Below, in pieces: positions 23,651-36,668 of a stretch of 64,000 nt of DNA. Made by a program: the position numbers and the translations under genes. How positions within the stretch are numbered: the stretch's first letter is position 1; every line of letters begins with the position of its first letter. The notes below the pieces were generated by a model. That model was not told where the DNA came from and ran no database searches. It saw only the letters and a list, made by a program, of their open reading frames with translations. The stretch lies in NCBI GenBank assembly GCA_951406725.2, contig OX597825.1, positions 31,124,001 to 31,188,000 of the forward strand, written 5' to 3'. The stretch is from Octopus vulgaris. Its lineage: Eukaryota.

Positions 23651-24636
23651 TCATTTGGTTCAGTTTACATGGATTTTTGGCCGGCTCAGTCACAGATAAT
23701 CCTACATAACATATGAAAGATCAGCAATGCAACAACTGGTGCCTGTATATATATAGTTGATGATAGTTTTTGATGAATGGTCAATCCATATGTAACTACA
23801 AATGTCCAGCAAAACATATGCTTCTCTCTCTAACGAGCTCATTAATTGCAATACAGGTTTTGTTTGGTTAGATGCATAATATCCATAACATATTCAGTAC
23901 AGATTAGCTATTTAACTACAAAATTCTTGACTGTTTCCAAAACTAATAGAAGCATAGAGATAGTGTGTAATATGATTGAGAAAAGAGTACAAGAGAGAAC
24001 AAAGAAAACAGCAAAGACGCTTCTACATAGTCCCATAACCATTTTATTATCATAGTCTTGTAAATGTCCCTGGTTCAATTAATTTTGGATATAATGAAGA
24101 ATATAGTAAGATAACTTTTTTTCATTATCAAGCTGGGATTTGGAACATAAATCAACACAAGAATTTGAAGCAGTTACAGGTGGATTGGTACCAAGGGAGT
24201 TATAAATAAATATCTACAAAGAAAACCCAGTAATTTATCCACCAAATTTTTTTTTCCAGATTCTTGTTTAAGTCTTTAAAAGTTGGACCATGGTTTTTTT
24301 TTTCTTCGCTTGTTTTTTTTTTCTTTCTTTCTTTTTTTTAGTATGTTTCCAATCTTAAGATAACAGAGATTGTTTTAAAGTAGATATTACACTGAAGCTA
24401 TTGCAGTCTTCTTTTCTCCACAACCTTTTTTAAAGATAGTTTTTACTCACATTAATATTGGGATAAAGAACAGGAATAACTACATGGTTAAGAAGCTTGC
24501 TTTGCAACCAAGTGGCTGTGTGTTCAATCCCACACTGCATGGCACCTTTGGAAAGAGAATTCTAAAATAGTTTCAGGTTGACCAATGCCTTGAAAAAGAA
24601 ATCTAGTACAGAAACGATCTAAAACGACCTTTGTGG

Positions 24637-24668
<32 letters not shown>

Positions 24669-24900
24669 TTGTCTCTGCATTGATGCTACTCACATAAGAG
24701 AGTGACATTGCTTAAGTCATACATAAGCAAATAAGTCCAGCAGCCTGGCAGTTTGACATGCGAAGATGCAGAATAAAATACTTTACGAGAAAACAAGCAA
24801 AGGCTGGCATCAGGAAGAAGTACCCAGCCTTAAAATATTGCCTCGAGATGTTTTGTCCAGCCTCTCCACCCCCACCAAAATAAAGTAGACATAGATGCAG

Positions 24901-24947
<47 letters not shown>

Positions 24948-24986
24948 GCAATGATGATGATGATGATGATGGTGATGATGATGGCA

Positions 24987-25040
<54 letters not shown>

Positions 25041-25867
25041 GTGATGATGATGGCAATGATGATGATGATGATGATGTTATTATTAATTTCAAGTCAACTT
25101 CACTGAAGCAAATTAAAGGTAAACTCCTTCCAGCCTTGATGACCCTGTTTTTCATTTAGACTCAGTCTATTTAAGAGTACATTATTCAATGCATTCTTCC
25201 CCATTTAGAATAGTAAGGTATGGTGTGATTCGAGGGAGTTTTGGTTGCCATTTCTAGCAGAATCAAGAGATTTACATGGAGTCTTGCTCACTGAGAGATG
25301 CAGGTTTGGAGACATGCATTTCTAACGTTGCTATGAACCACTGACACTTTCCCTCCTGACATTTTTTCGTTTCTACAAGTTTCTTCAGATAATTACACTA
25401 AATAAGAATCCATGAAAGTGGAAGAATGAAAGAATGAAAAATGTAAATAACAAATAATCAGAAATAGAATTTCCTCATAAAAAAAAAAAAATTGCTCATT
25501 TATTTGAGAGTTCTGAGCTGAATATTTTAATGTCACTTAATCTGCAAATGCCTTCAATACCCATTTAAATAATTGATAATATTCTTTGGTTCTTTTCATA
25601 GAAGCTCAGATTTCAAAGAATATAAGGAAGAACTTGGCATTTATGAATAAAACAGAAAAAAAAGGTAAAAAAATGTTTGAAATCCAAACGTAAGCATTCT
25701 CGAGTTTCTGAGTCTAAGAATTTCACCTTTTGGCTACCATTCCAGCAGAAATTACCAAATACTAGAGTGCTTGTATTTGAAGTAGAATATTGACCAAAAT
25801 CATGTTATTACATAAGATTTTGGTAAGAAATCCGATCATAAATTTTATGTTAAAACTTTTGAAGTTG

Positions 25868-26111
25868 ATTCTGTTGTGTCTGGGGAGAGTAATTTTCTTT
25901 TTGTGCCTTATAATTTAACACACTCACCAGTAAAATTTCCACTTATTCCTTATTTTTATTTCCCTAAAATTTTCAAGACTATTGAAAAGGTTGCAAGACA
26001 CAATGAAAATTTTAGGAAAATAAAAATAAGGAATAAGTGGAAATTTTACAGGTGAGTGTGTTAAATTATAAGGCACAAAAAGAAAATGACTCTCCCCAGG
26101 CACAACAGAAT
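25868..26111. repeat. Near-perfect palindrome (108-bp arms, 28-nt loop), probably a fold-back MITE
   Basis: 25868-25975 is the reverse complement of 26004-26111 with 4 mismatches. Confidence 0.92.
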
Positions 26112-26994
26112 ATATTTCAACACACGAAGTCATATAAAGAATCTTGCAATCCAAATCCAAAAGTGAAATATTTTGAAGTTGGGTTTATATTTAAAAAGGT
26201 TTTAAGTGACAGGTGACAGAACAGTCATGAGTCTACAAACTCATTAGGCCAGAATTTATAAGCACCCAAGAGTATAATAATTCCAGGTGAAAAAAATGCC
26301 AATCCGTCATAGAGCAGACCCCCAGCTGGTGAGTAGATAGAAGCAGCCTGAAATGAAGTGTTTTGCTTAAGAAAACAATGTCACATCACCCAGATTGAAA
26401 CCACAACCTTGGAGTCATGAGTTGACCAATCAAACTGCCAGGCCAAGCATCTTCACAGTAAGCATGCAAACTAGGACTGGATTGTAAATATTTGAAAGAA
26501 ACACTGAAAAAACAAATTAATTGGAGAGAAAAATGTAGGAAGTTAAAAGTCAGGGGGCAAATACCAATCTATATAAGGAAGGGTCATGAAGGGAGGTGAG
26601 GGAAGTTGAATAGCATTGTATCTGTGTGTGTTTGTATGCTTTGTAGTTGATATAAGGATATATGGAGTTTGTACACATAAATGATGAGCAATGATGGTGC
26701 GTATACATATTTGCGAGTGAGGTTAGGATGAAAATGTGTGTGAGGTTGTGTGAGACTACATATATTTGTGTGTGTGTATGTGTGTGTACATGTACAGTAT
26801 ACAATATCATGGAAAACTATATTTTCATGTGAGGATGTGAATATAAATATATGTATGCGTGTGTAAATGTGTGTGAGTGTATATACATGTGTGCCTCTGT
26901 GTGTGTGCGCATGTGCGTGTGTATGTATATATTGCTTGAAGTGGTATACTGATTTTATATATTAAGAAAAAGAAGATTGTCTGAAGTTTGGGTA

Positions 26995-27048
26995 TTCATT
27001 TATTTAGAGCTTTCGTCCCTTTTTGAGAGAATCTTCATGAATGATTTA
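26995..27048 (-). ncRNA. Degenerate type I hammerhead ribozyme remnant downstream of the Penelope ORF
   Basis: Minus strand TCATTCATGAAGATTCTCTCAAAAAGGGACGAAAGCTCTAAAT shows (C)TGAAGA...CGAAAG-CT-CTA. The core and stem I are damaged. Confidence 0.4.
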
Positions 27049-27152
27049 TTTATAAAAAATTTGTGACATTATATACATGTGAGTTAGTTGACAAGATGCA
27101 GAGTTGGAATGGGAAGAGAATGTTGTTTGTTATTTTGAATCTATATGAGTGA

Positions 27153-27190
<38 letters not shown>

Positions 27191-27639
27191 TATGTGTATG
27201 TAAGTAGGTGTATCTGGTGAATTTTTGGAGGCTTGTTTAGAGAGATAAAAGGAAAAGAGACAGGGAAAAAGAAAGAAATGGGTCTTTTACTGGGATTGTT
27301 GAAATTGTATTTTTTGGTCAGTAGAAAGTGGTTTTTTTCTGAGATGGTGGAAATTAATGACAGTTCAAGAGGTCAATGTTCTTTTAGTCATTCTAATTTT
27401 TATCAACTGTCATATCATCCAGCTGTAGAAAATAGATTTCTATCAAATTGTTTTGGAAAATTTTTTAATGAGTGTGTGTGTGTGCATTTAAGTGCATGTG
27501 TGTGAAAGACCATGTGTGTGTGAGTGTTGTTTCTTGGTTAGTTAACTAAACTTTTCTAGTCAGTTCATTAACACTAATGAGAATATTTTAATAATGATTT
27601 CTCATGTGTTTATAAATATGTTTTATCTTCTTTCATACT

Positions 27640-29540
27640 TTTAGTTTAGATAAGAATTTTTTTCATAAAAGTAGTTTCATTGCCTTCAGATACTTTGGGT
27701 CATCCCTTGAGCATTAGTAGAAGAGAAATATCTTGAATCTGTTTCCACATATTTCCAGATGCTTAGTCAGCAGAACATTGTGTAATTCTTCTTGCCTGAT
27801 GTGTTGTCTGGATTCTTGCACATTAGTAAAGAAAATTATTGGGTTTGCAGTAGGGGCAGGTTATACAGCATATGAGATTCTGTGTCTTGCAGTTCATATC
27901 TGCATTTACTTGGGAGGACAATTCACTTTTAAATGCTATATGGGAACCAGTGCCAAAATATTTGAAGTTGTTGTTACATGTTCCACACCTATTATCTCCA
28001 GAGTCCTTCATGGAGAATTCTGTATTATCCTCTGATGTAAATTTTACCCTCATAAAATATTTTCTAAGATTTTTTGGTTGAAGTTTATGGTTTCATATAA
28101 GGTTTTCATCACCTAGATTTTTCATTTTGGGGATTTGTAAGAGAATATTTTGTGGAATATGTCGCTCACTCATGGATTATGTGTATTGATAAAGAGAATA
28201 ATATTTTCTATAATTTTGCCTTGGGTGTCCTCGGTTATTATGATGTCTAGTTTTATTGACTTTGTAATTCTATTATATATCAATTTTAAGGTATAATTTT
28301 GTTTTTTAGGAAGCCTTTCATGTTATAGAATCAAATTTGACATATTTTTAGATCAAAGTACTATTGCACAAATATATTTGTGCAATATGTATATACATGT
28401 GCATATACGTGAGTATTCATATGTTCATGTGTATATATATGTAATTAAGTACAATTAATACTATATTTCATTGACAATGGCAAAGTATAGGTTTATACAG
28501 AGCCAGAAACACAGGGTCTGATATTATCCAATTTTTACTGGTTTTATTTGCCTATTTGTCCTTTAACCTTGTGCTGTATTGAATACTTGATGTGGTCTTA
28601 GAGTTAGGTTTTGACTGCTATTTCAAGCATGATACCCTTAGATACCCTTATTTATAATTTTCAGACTTACCCAAATCTCTCCTAAGAAACTTTCTAATAT
28701 ATTTAATACAATGTATCAGACTGCCTCTAGTCCTTAAGATATAAAAACCAGCTGCTTTGAAGTATTTACGTTGAAATGAAAGGATCACCACAATATTTTA
28801 TGTAAGAAAATTTCTCCTAAAAACGGATGTTCTCCCTAAAAAAGGAGTTGTAATATTGTGTCTCCAATTCATATTTTGGGGGTTCTTGTTGTTTCTTCAT
28901 AGGTGAGAAAATACTTTCTGTTCTCTGTATCATGTCACATATATTGTCTGTCTCCTTCCCATCAACTTTTCGTGCTTGTTTGGCCAATGGGAATGTTTGA
29001 TGCTGTTGGTTGTTAACTATGGATTTTTTTAAGCTTCCAAGATGTCTATTTGCATTAGGACTTTTATTTTGTCTGTTTTTTCCTTGTCTCTCTACCCATG
29101 TATTTGTCCATCTAAAGTATTTGGTATTATGAGTTGGTGGCTGTCTTCTGTACCTTGTGTGTTTATAATAGAGTTACAGTTTGGCATTGCAGCATATGGG
29201 GTTTTAGTTTGGGATGATCTTGATATCATTTCTACATGTCTTTGGATGACTGGAAACCCAATATCTTTGCCTGGTTCCTCTATGATCAATTTGCATGCTT
29301 TCTTTGATTTGTTTGTATTTTCTTGCTGAGGTTTTGTTCCCATAATGTATTTTTCAACATATGTTTTTTCATGATCAATGACTCACTTTTGTTGTTCTTC
29401 TCACATTTTCTGGGTTTTTCCTCTTCCTATTTGGTGTCTTCTTTCCATAGTTGTTGTAGTTTTTCTTGGCTATGGCTATCACTTCATTCTGAGATTTCAG
29501 CAAACAACAGCATCAATTGTTTTGAATTGTTCTTCATATC
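27640..29540 (-). mobile_element. Decayed Penelope-like retroelement (GIY-YIG endonuclease; RT core missing)
   Basis: ORF 27823..28053 DNRCGTC...VNADMNCKTQNLICCITCPYC, followed out of frame by RQHIRQEELHNVLLTKHLEICG...FKIFLFY...FMKKFLSKL. KYICAIV near 28360 matches the RICTIVS motif after the PLE RT. Confidence 0.8.
28385..28813 (+). repeat. Local duplicate of 21871-22154 joined to 22509-22659
   Basis: Long shared blocks such as CAGAGCCAGAAACACAGGGTCTGATATTATCCAATTTTTACTGG and CAGACTGCCTCTAGTCCTTAAGATATAA. Confidence 0.9.
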
Positions 29541-29994
29541 AAAAATTCATTACACACACATTCTTTACACATGCACACAGACACACATATATAGATTCAA
29601 AATAATAAAGAACATTCTCTTCCCAATTGAACTACACGTTTTTTTCAAATAATATATATGTAAAAGGTATGAATTTTCTATGAATTTTCTGTAAATTGAT
29701 CATTCATGATCATTCTCTGAAAAAGAAATGAAAGTGTTAAATAAATGATTATCCAAAATTCTGACTACCTTCTTCTTCTTACACACACACACACACACAC
29801 ACATATGGTGATTGCCACTTCTTTACAGAAGAAGGCCATCTCTTCAATTAGTAAATGCTGTCATAAGATCTCACATAAGCAGCAAGTCTGGCTTTGGATG
29901 AGAAGACCCTACTGCTGATGTTACAAACATTTTTAGGGAGAAAAATATCAAAAGGTAGACCGTTGAATAGAGACGTATTCATAGAACTGTATGT

Positions 29995-30241
29995 GTGCCG
30001 GTGACACGTAAAAAGCACCAATCTATCGTAGCCATTGCCAGCCTCGCCTGGCACGTAAAAAGCACCTACTGGTCTCGTGGAGTGGTTGGCATTAGGAAGG
30101 GCATCCAGCTGTAGAAACACTGCCAGATCAAACTGGGCCTGATGCAACCTCCTAGCTTCCCAGACCCCAGTCGAACCGTCCAGCCCATGCTAGCATGGAA
30201 AGCGGACGTTAAACGATGATGATATATGTGTGTGTGTGTGT

Positions 30242-30294
<53 letters not shown>

Positions 30295-30868
30295 GGTGCA
30301 TGGCTCTGGTTGGAGCATCGATCTTATGATCGTGAGGTTGTAAGATCAAATGTCTTTCCCTTGGATAACACTGGTGGCATGGAGAGGGGAGGCCGGTATG
30401 CATAGGCAACTGCCTGGACTCGTACCTGGGAGGATAACTTCCCAGGTGCAATCCCATGGTCAGTCATGACTGAAGGGGGTCTCAGCATATATATATAAAT
30501 TGGCATCCGTGCTGGTGGTATGAAAGAAGCATCTTTCAAGTGTTGGGCTTCATGGACGTAATGACAAATGAGTGAGATCTTTGGCAATATGCCACACTTG
30601 AATAGAAGATCCAACAAGTCAACTAAAATCATAGTCATCGCAGATACTGGTGCCATACAACTGGCACTTGTGCCAGTGGCACATAAAAGCACCCATTACA
30701 CTTTCAGAGTGGTTGGCGTTAGGAAGAGCATCCAGTCATAGAAACCAAGCCAAATCAGACTGGAGTCTGTTGCAACCCTCCCCCACCCACCCAAGTTGCC
30801 AACCCTGGTCAAACTGCCCAACACATACCAGCATGGACAATGGACATTAAAATGATGATGATGATGAT
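29995..30868 (+). mobile_element. Cluster of two RTE-tailed retroposon copies (29995-30222, 30500-30868) and a deleted tRNA-SINE (30296-30483)
   Basis: Homology to 7820-8222 and to 19779-20110. Confidence 0.78.
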
Positions 30869-31098
30869 ATATGTATATACTAGGGTGTGTGTGTGTATAT
30901 GTATGATCATCATCATTTCTCCATCACTCATATATATATATATAGATAAATGGATGGATGGATGGATAGAAAAAGGTATACATTTATATGCAATGTTACA
31001 AATTGTGTATTAAGTCACGCATAAATAATATTTAGCATATTTATAACTAACGAAGAGATTAAATAATGCACAACCCACAATGGAGATAATGCAATCAG

Positions 31099-31151
<53 letters not shown>

Positions 31152-31820
31152 TTCTCTCTCTCTCAAATCTCTGTATTTGAAGTGTTTCTTATCTCTCTCT
31201 CTCTCTTTCACTCTCGTCTCCCTCACTCTCTTCATGTACTATGTCTAAAATATTGGCAACGTAACACATTGATTGGGTCGGTATTTCTGAAGTCAGCTGG
31301 TAAAGCCACCATGCGCCTTCCTTGATTACTTCTTCCTTTCCATTTCTGAGCTGGCACCAAGAACAGAAAGCTTTGTCTCGTTCTAGGATGTCCAATGAAC
31401 TGAGTCTGCTGTCTCTTTGTGATATCTGAATTTTGGGACTTTATATAATCCATGCAATTAGACAGAACACAGAAATGTACTATCATCAGTTTCACCATAA
31501 TCATCACCATTATTTAATATCCCCATTCCATGCTGCCATGGGTTTGATGGTTTGACAAAAATTTGATGGGTACAAGGACCGCTTTGTGCTTCAATGTCCC
31601 CTTCAGCATGGTTTCTACAGCTGGATGCCTTTGCTAATGCCAACCACTTTACATCAAGGATACTTTTATCATGCTATCAGCTCTACTGAGGCTACCAAGC
31701 AACTTAGAAAACTACAAATGCCAAGGAGGGCAACTTTATGCTAGAAGATGAGGAACAAACAGAGATGGGTAAAATACAAGAGAAAAGGGTCAAAGCAGAA
31801 CCGGTTTTTTTATTGTAGAT

Positions 31821-31943
31821 CAGTGGTCCCCAAACTTTTATGTAACATGGACCAGTTTCATGTATGACAACTCTTTTATGGACTATTCACATATCAAATC
31901 ACAATAAAGCATATAATATAGAATTCAATTATTACATATTTAA
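31821..31943 (+). mobile_element. Left end of a hAT/Charlie (MER1-like) MITE
   Basis: CAGTGGTCCCCAAACTTTT...GGACCAGTTTCATG.ATGACAA matches the Charlie-type terminus pattern; no right TIR was found. Confidence 0.55.
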
Positions 31944-32966
31944 TCTACTATAATAATACTCATGTGTTTTTCTCCATCACAACATATGAATGAGAAAGGA
32001 AGGGGTGATAGATGAATAAGGAAGGAAGAGGTGATGGCGTTGCAAGTAGCCATTTTATCCATTTTAAAATAAGGCGCCAATTTGTGGTAGCTGGCAATAT
32101 GACGTAATGTTGTATTGCCGAAGAAATATTATTGTCATTTTTCCAATGGTTAATATAACTGCTCATATATAAATTCTAAGAATTAGTAAAGAATATTTGT
32201 ATGGGATTTCGATTCTTTTAAGTCAAGTTGAGCAGTTATAAAACCCTGGATTTTGGGAAAAACTTCAGTGTTTGTTGGATGTAACTTAACTCCACAACAC
32301 TCACTCCTTTGAGACATTGGTGATTTTTCATGCCATGTCCAAGGAAAATCACAACAATGGCAAACTAGTAGTGGGATGTTGCAATTTCTTCAGTGAAAAA
32401 AAAATCAAAAAGCGTTTCAACTCTGTGTGAGTATATGTGTGTGTATGTAAAAGGAAGATGTGTGAATGTTTGTGTGTGTGTGTGTGAGTGTGTGTGCAAT
32501 GGAAGTGGGATGGTGAACATATAACACTGAAAAAAAATCAAACAGCATTTCAACTCTGTGTGAGTATATGTGTGTATGTGTGTGCATGTACAGGGGAAGT
32601 ATGTGAATGTACGAGTGAACCAGCGTTCTTAAGTAACAAACGATGATCGATGTCACATCTCAAAAGACAACCACTAGATAACATTGACAAGGGGATTAAT
32701 TTGATTTATCATCCATATTCTGTCTGTTTTGTTAAAAATAATTATTACAATCATACACACACCTACACAAACATACACGTATACAAACTCAACAGAGAAA
32801 ATAATTATTGCCTGAGTGTATCAAGAATATAAAATGACTGCAGTTGAAAGGTATATTATAAATTTGGTAATAAAAGAATTATTAAACTAAAAGCTCGGTT
32901 TTGTACCATGTTTATATGTAAAATACTACAATTACCCATCATTTTCGATGGCATAGGGCCAGCTAG
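31944..32966 (+). mobile_element. Non-autonomous Helitron
   Basis: 5' end A|TCTACTATAATAAT; 3' hairpin CCATC-ATTTTC-GATGG 11 nt before CTAG|T; inserted between A and T with no TSD. An internal ~80-bp duplication lies at 32394-32469 and 32528-32610. Confidence 0.58.
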
Positions 32967-33069
32967 TACATATATTACATATATATGTATAATGCAAAAA
33001 TTTCCTGCAGACTGCAATACTCAATAAAACTAGTTTAGTTTAGCTGTCCTCCCAGATGCTTCAATTATT

Positions 33070-33420
33070 TCAGAAAAGCATACCACACATCATGGTCCCC
33101 CATGCATGTTCTTAATTCATCAATATTTGCCATTTTACTGTCCTGAAGCAAGTTGTCCACATAGGTCAGACGTTTTCTTCTGTTGATTCTTCCCTCAAAT
33201 GACTGCATAAGACCTGTTGACACACAGATTCTTCTGGGTGCCTGATGGAATGACCAACAATTCTCATTCTTCCGGGTTGAATCTTCTCAGTCACTATGGG
33301 TAGATCTTGATAAGGATAGATCTTGCTGAGGGTCCAAGTTTCAGCAATATATAACCAAACTGATTCAACCATAGAGACAACTAACCTAATTTTCAATTTC
33401 TGTGCCATCCTAGAACTACT
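33070..33420 (-). mobile_element. RTE-clade LINE 3' fragment
   Basis: ORF 33166..33516 contains LKIRLVVSMVESVWLYIAETWTL and RMRIVGHSIRHPE (RTE-type LLYG.ETW and GH..R motifs). Confidence 0.72.
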
Positions 33421-33474
33421 TTCCATCCCACAGAACAGAAATAAAAGTTTAAAATGTATTCTTCCATTGTGACC

Positions 33475-33920
33475 CAGTACCAAGTGACCCTCGACCCAGT
33501 ACCAAGCAATCCTCAACCCAGTACTAAGTGATCCTCAACACAGTACCAAATGATCCTCGACCCAGTACCAATTGGTCCTCAACACAGTAGCAAGTGATCC
33601 TTGACCCAGTACCAAGTGATCCTCAATACAGTACCAAATGATCCTCGAACCAGTACCAAATGATCCTCAAAACAGTACCAAGTGATCCTCAACACAGTAC
33701 CAAATGATCCTCGACCCAGTACCAATTGGTCCTCAACACAGTACCAAGTGATCCTCAACCCAGTACTTAGTGATCCTCAACCCAGTACCAAATGATCCTC
33801 AACTCAGTGTCAAATGATCCTTGACACAGTACCAAGTGACCCTCAACCCAGTACCAAATGATCCTCAACCCAGTACCAAGTGGTCCTTGACCCAGTACCA
33901 AGTGATCTTCAACACAGTAC
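33475..33920. repeat. 22-bp minisatellite, about 20 units (CAGTACCAAGTGATCCTCAACM)
   Basis: Head-to-tail units with no spacers. Confidence 0.95.
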
Positions 33921-34670
33921 TGACCCCCTGACATAGTATCGAACCCAGCCTAGTGATTTTGGACCCATGACTATTAAAATTTTATGAGAAGAAATAAAAA
34001 GTATTATCAATATATAAGAAATAATAAAGTGAGTCAAAGTACATCCTCAAACACCTATGATCCAGGTTCAAATCTCACTAGGGTTGAATTTGCCTTTCAT
34101 CTTTACAAGGGTTGCTGAAACAAATACTGAGCAAGTACTTGGCATAATTCAATTAACTACTGATTTCCCCATCTACAAAATGTATGGCCTTTAGCCAAAA
34201 TAATAATAAGTCATTACGGAAAACAGAGATGGCTGTAAAGAAACTCATAAAGTTAAATAAGCAAGGAAACTGTCTCAAAGCAAAATATACAACAACAACA
34301 ACAACAATAATAATAATAAACGATAACATAAAAAAATAATTGTGGCACCCAAAGACAATCAGAAAACAGACCAATAGAAAGCCAGAGTACACAGAAACAT
34401 AAAACACAAGGTTAATGGTGCACTCAATATGTGTTATGTAAGTCACATCTCAATTCATATATACAGACATGAGAATTTCTTTGTTTCAAAGTTTTCTTGT
34501 TGTTCTGCTTCATATATATATAGCTGTAGAAAAATATATACATACACACACTCACACGTACAAATATATATATTAATAACAGAAATATATAAATATATAT
34601 ATGAATATCTATGCATGTACACACATATGTACATACACAGACACACATATATATGTAGCATATATATGTA

Positions 34671-34717
<47 letters not shown>

Positions 34718-34984
34718 CTTTAATTTCTGAATTACTACTATTTAGCGGTTTGAGTCTTGGCTGCTCTTTCTAGTGCGTTGAATGGCCTATCGGGGCCATT
34801 CCAATGTTGGTGATATATATATTTATATGTATGTAAATATGTATGTATCCGTATATATGTCTACACATATATATATATGTAGTATGTATATATATGTGTG
34901 TATATAATATATATCTTTAAATATGTGTGTGTGTGTGCATGTATGTATATATACAGGCATACATATGTATATATGTGTGTGAGA

Positions 34985-35018
<34 letters not shown>

Positions 35019-35308
35019 CAGGGTGAATACTTGATAATTGTAAGCACCTGTATAAGCCATTTAGTGGTGTAGGTGAATATAAATATATATATATATAGGT
35101 ATATATATGTATGTATGTATGTATATGTGTGCATATATATAAATACATATATATACATACATGTATATATTTGTGTATCTATATGTGTGTGTATGTGTAT
35201 ATATATATGTATTATATATGTGTGTGTGTATACACACATACATATACACACATCCACAAAACTATACATATATTCACACATGGATATATACAGATACACA
35301 TACATACA

Positions 35309-35352
<44 letters not shown>

Positions 35353-35981
35353 AGTATGTCTATGCATACATACACATAGACACGTTTAAAAAAAACAAAC
35401 CATTTTCAAATATTTTAAAAGTTATTTTTTCAATTTCTTTTCACTTTGATACCAAACTGGAAATACAAGAACAACACCCACCGCAACAAAACCAACATCA
35501 GCAGCAACAACAACAACAACAACGACTACAATAATAATAATAAATTCGGATAAATACAATTTCAAAATCAAGTAATATTTCCTCTGTTTAAGACTGTTTT
35601 CAGTCAGCTGATGATAGAAAATTTTCTTGTTTTTTCTTCAAGAATATCAAAACAAGGTAAAAAAAAATATATTCATATAAAGAAAAAGTCTAAAAAATAT
35701 TTCTAAAATATTAACAATAGCAAAAGTATTATTCATGAATAACATTCCATGTTAAAAATACTTTATGTATGATGATTAGGCAACAACATACACAAACTCA
35801 CACACACACACATCCATATATATCCACATATATCCACACGCCCACACACACAGTCACACACAGAAAGGCAAATTTTATACAAATATCATTCCATGTTAAA
35901 AGTACATTGAGTATCAAACAGAGGAATATTTCACTAACACACACATACTCACATTTATATCTATGTATATATGCATATATA

Positions 35982-36029
<48 letters not shown>

Positions 36030-36135
36030 AAGAGAAGTGTAAGAGAATTATGTATATAGGTTTCTAGATACATACATACATATATACATATATATATATA
36101 CTCACATACACATTCACACATATACATACAATATA

Positions 36136-36176
<41 letters not shown>

Positions 36177-36389
36177 GTATGTATGTATGTATGTACGTAC
36201 ATACAGGGAGAGAGAGAGAGAGTGAGAAAGGGGAAGAGAGATTAATATATTTAGATATAATTATGGATATATATATATACATATATATCAATAATAAGAA
36301 AGATAGATAGATCGATACATAGATAGAGACAGGTATTTTTAAGATAGAGATATATACATGCATACATACATGCACACACACACACATGC

Positions 36390-36435
<46 letters not shown>

Positions 36436-36587
36436 GCACATACATACATGTATATACATCTATGTAAACTTCTTAAATAAAACAAAAAGGAATTACAAAG
36501 TACAAATACATGTAAGAATTATGGAACCCAGTTTTATCAGGTGTGTGTATGTGTGTGTGTGTGTGTGTGTGTGTACATGTGTGCACG

Positions 36588-36668
<81 letters not shown>

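Noticed and set aside
22685-23716. Long ORFs of 267-302 aa (poly-E/K/R/F/L/S)
   Set aside because: They are translations of the (GAA)n tract, which lacks stops in most frames; there is no coding signal.
31232-31510. 92-aa minus-strand ORF in largely non-repetitive sequence
   Set aside because: No recognisable domain or convincing splice signals; its length is within chance expectation.
33475-33920. CRISPR-like appearance of this array and of those at 7820-8065, 50990-51380 and 60895-61478
   Set aside because: There are no unique spacers of constant length and no cas genes, and the context is eukaryotic; these are minisatellites or retroposon-internal repeats.
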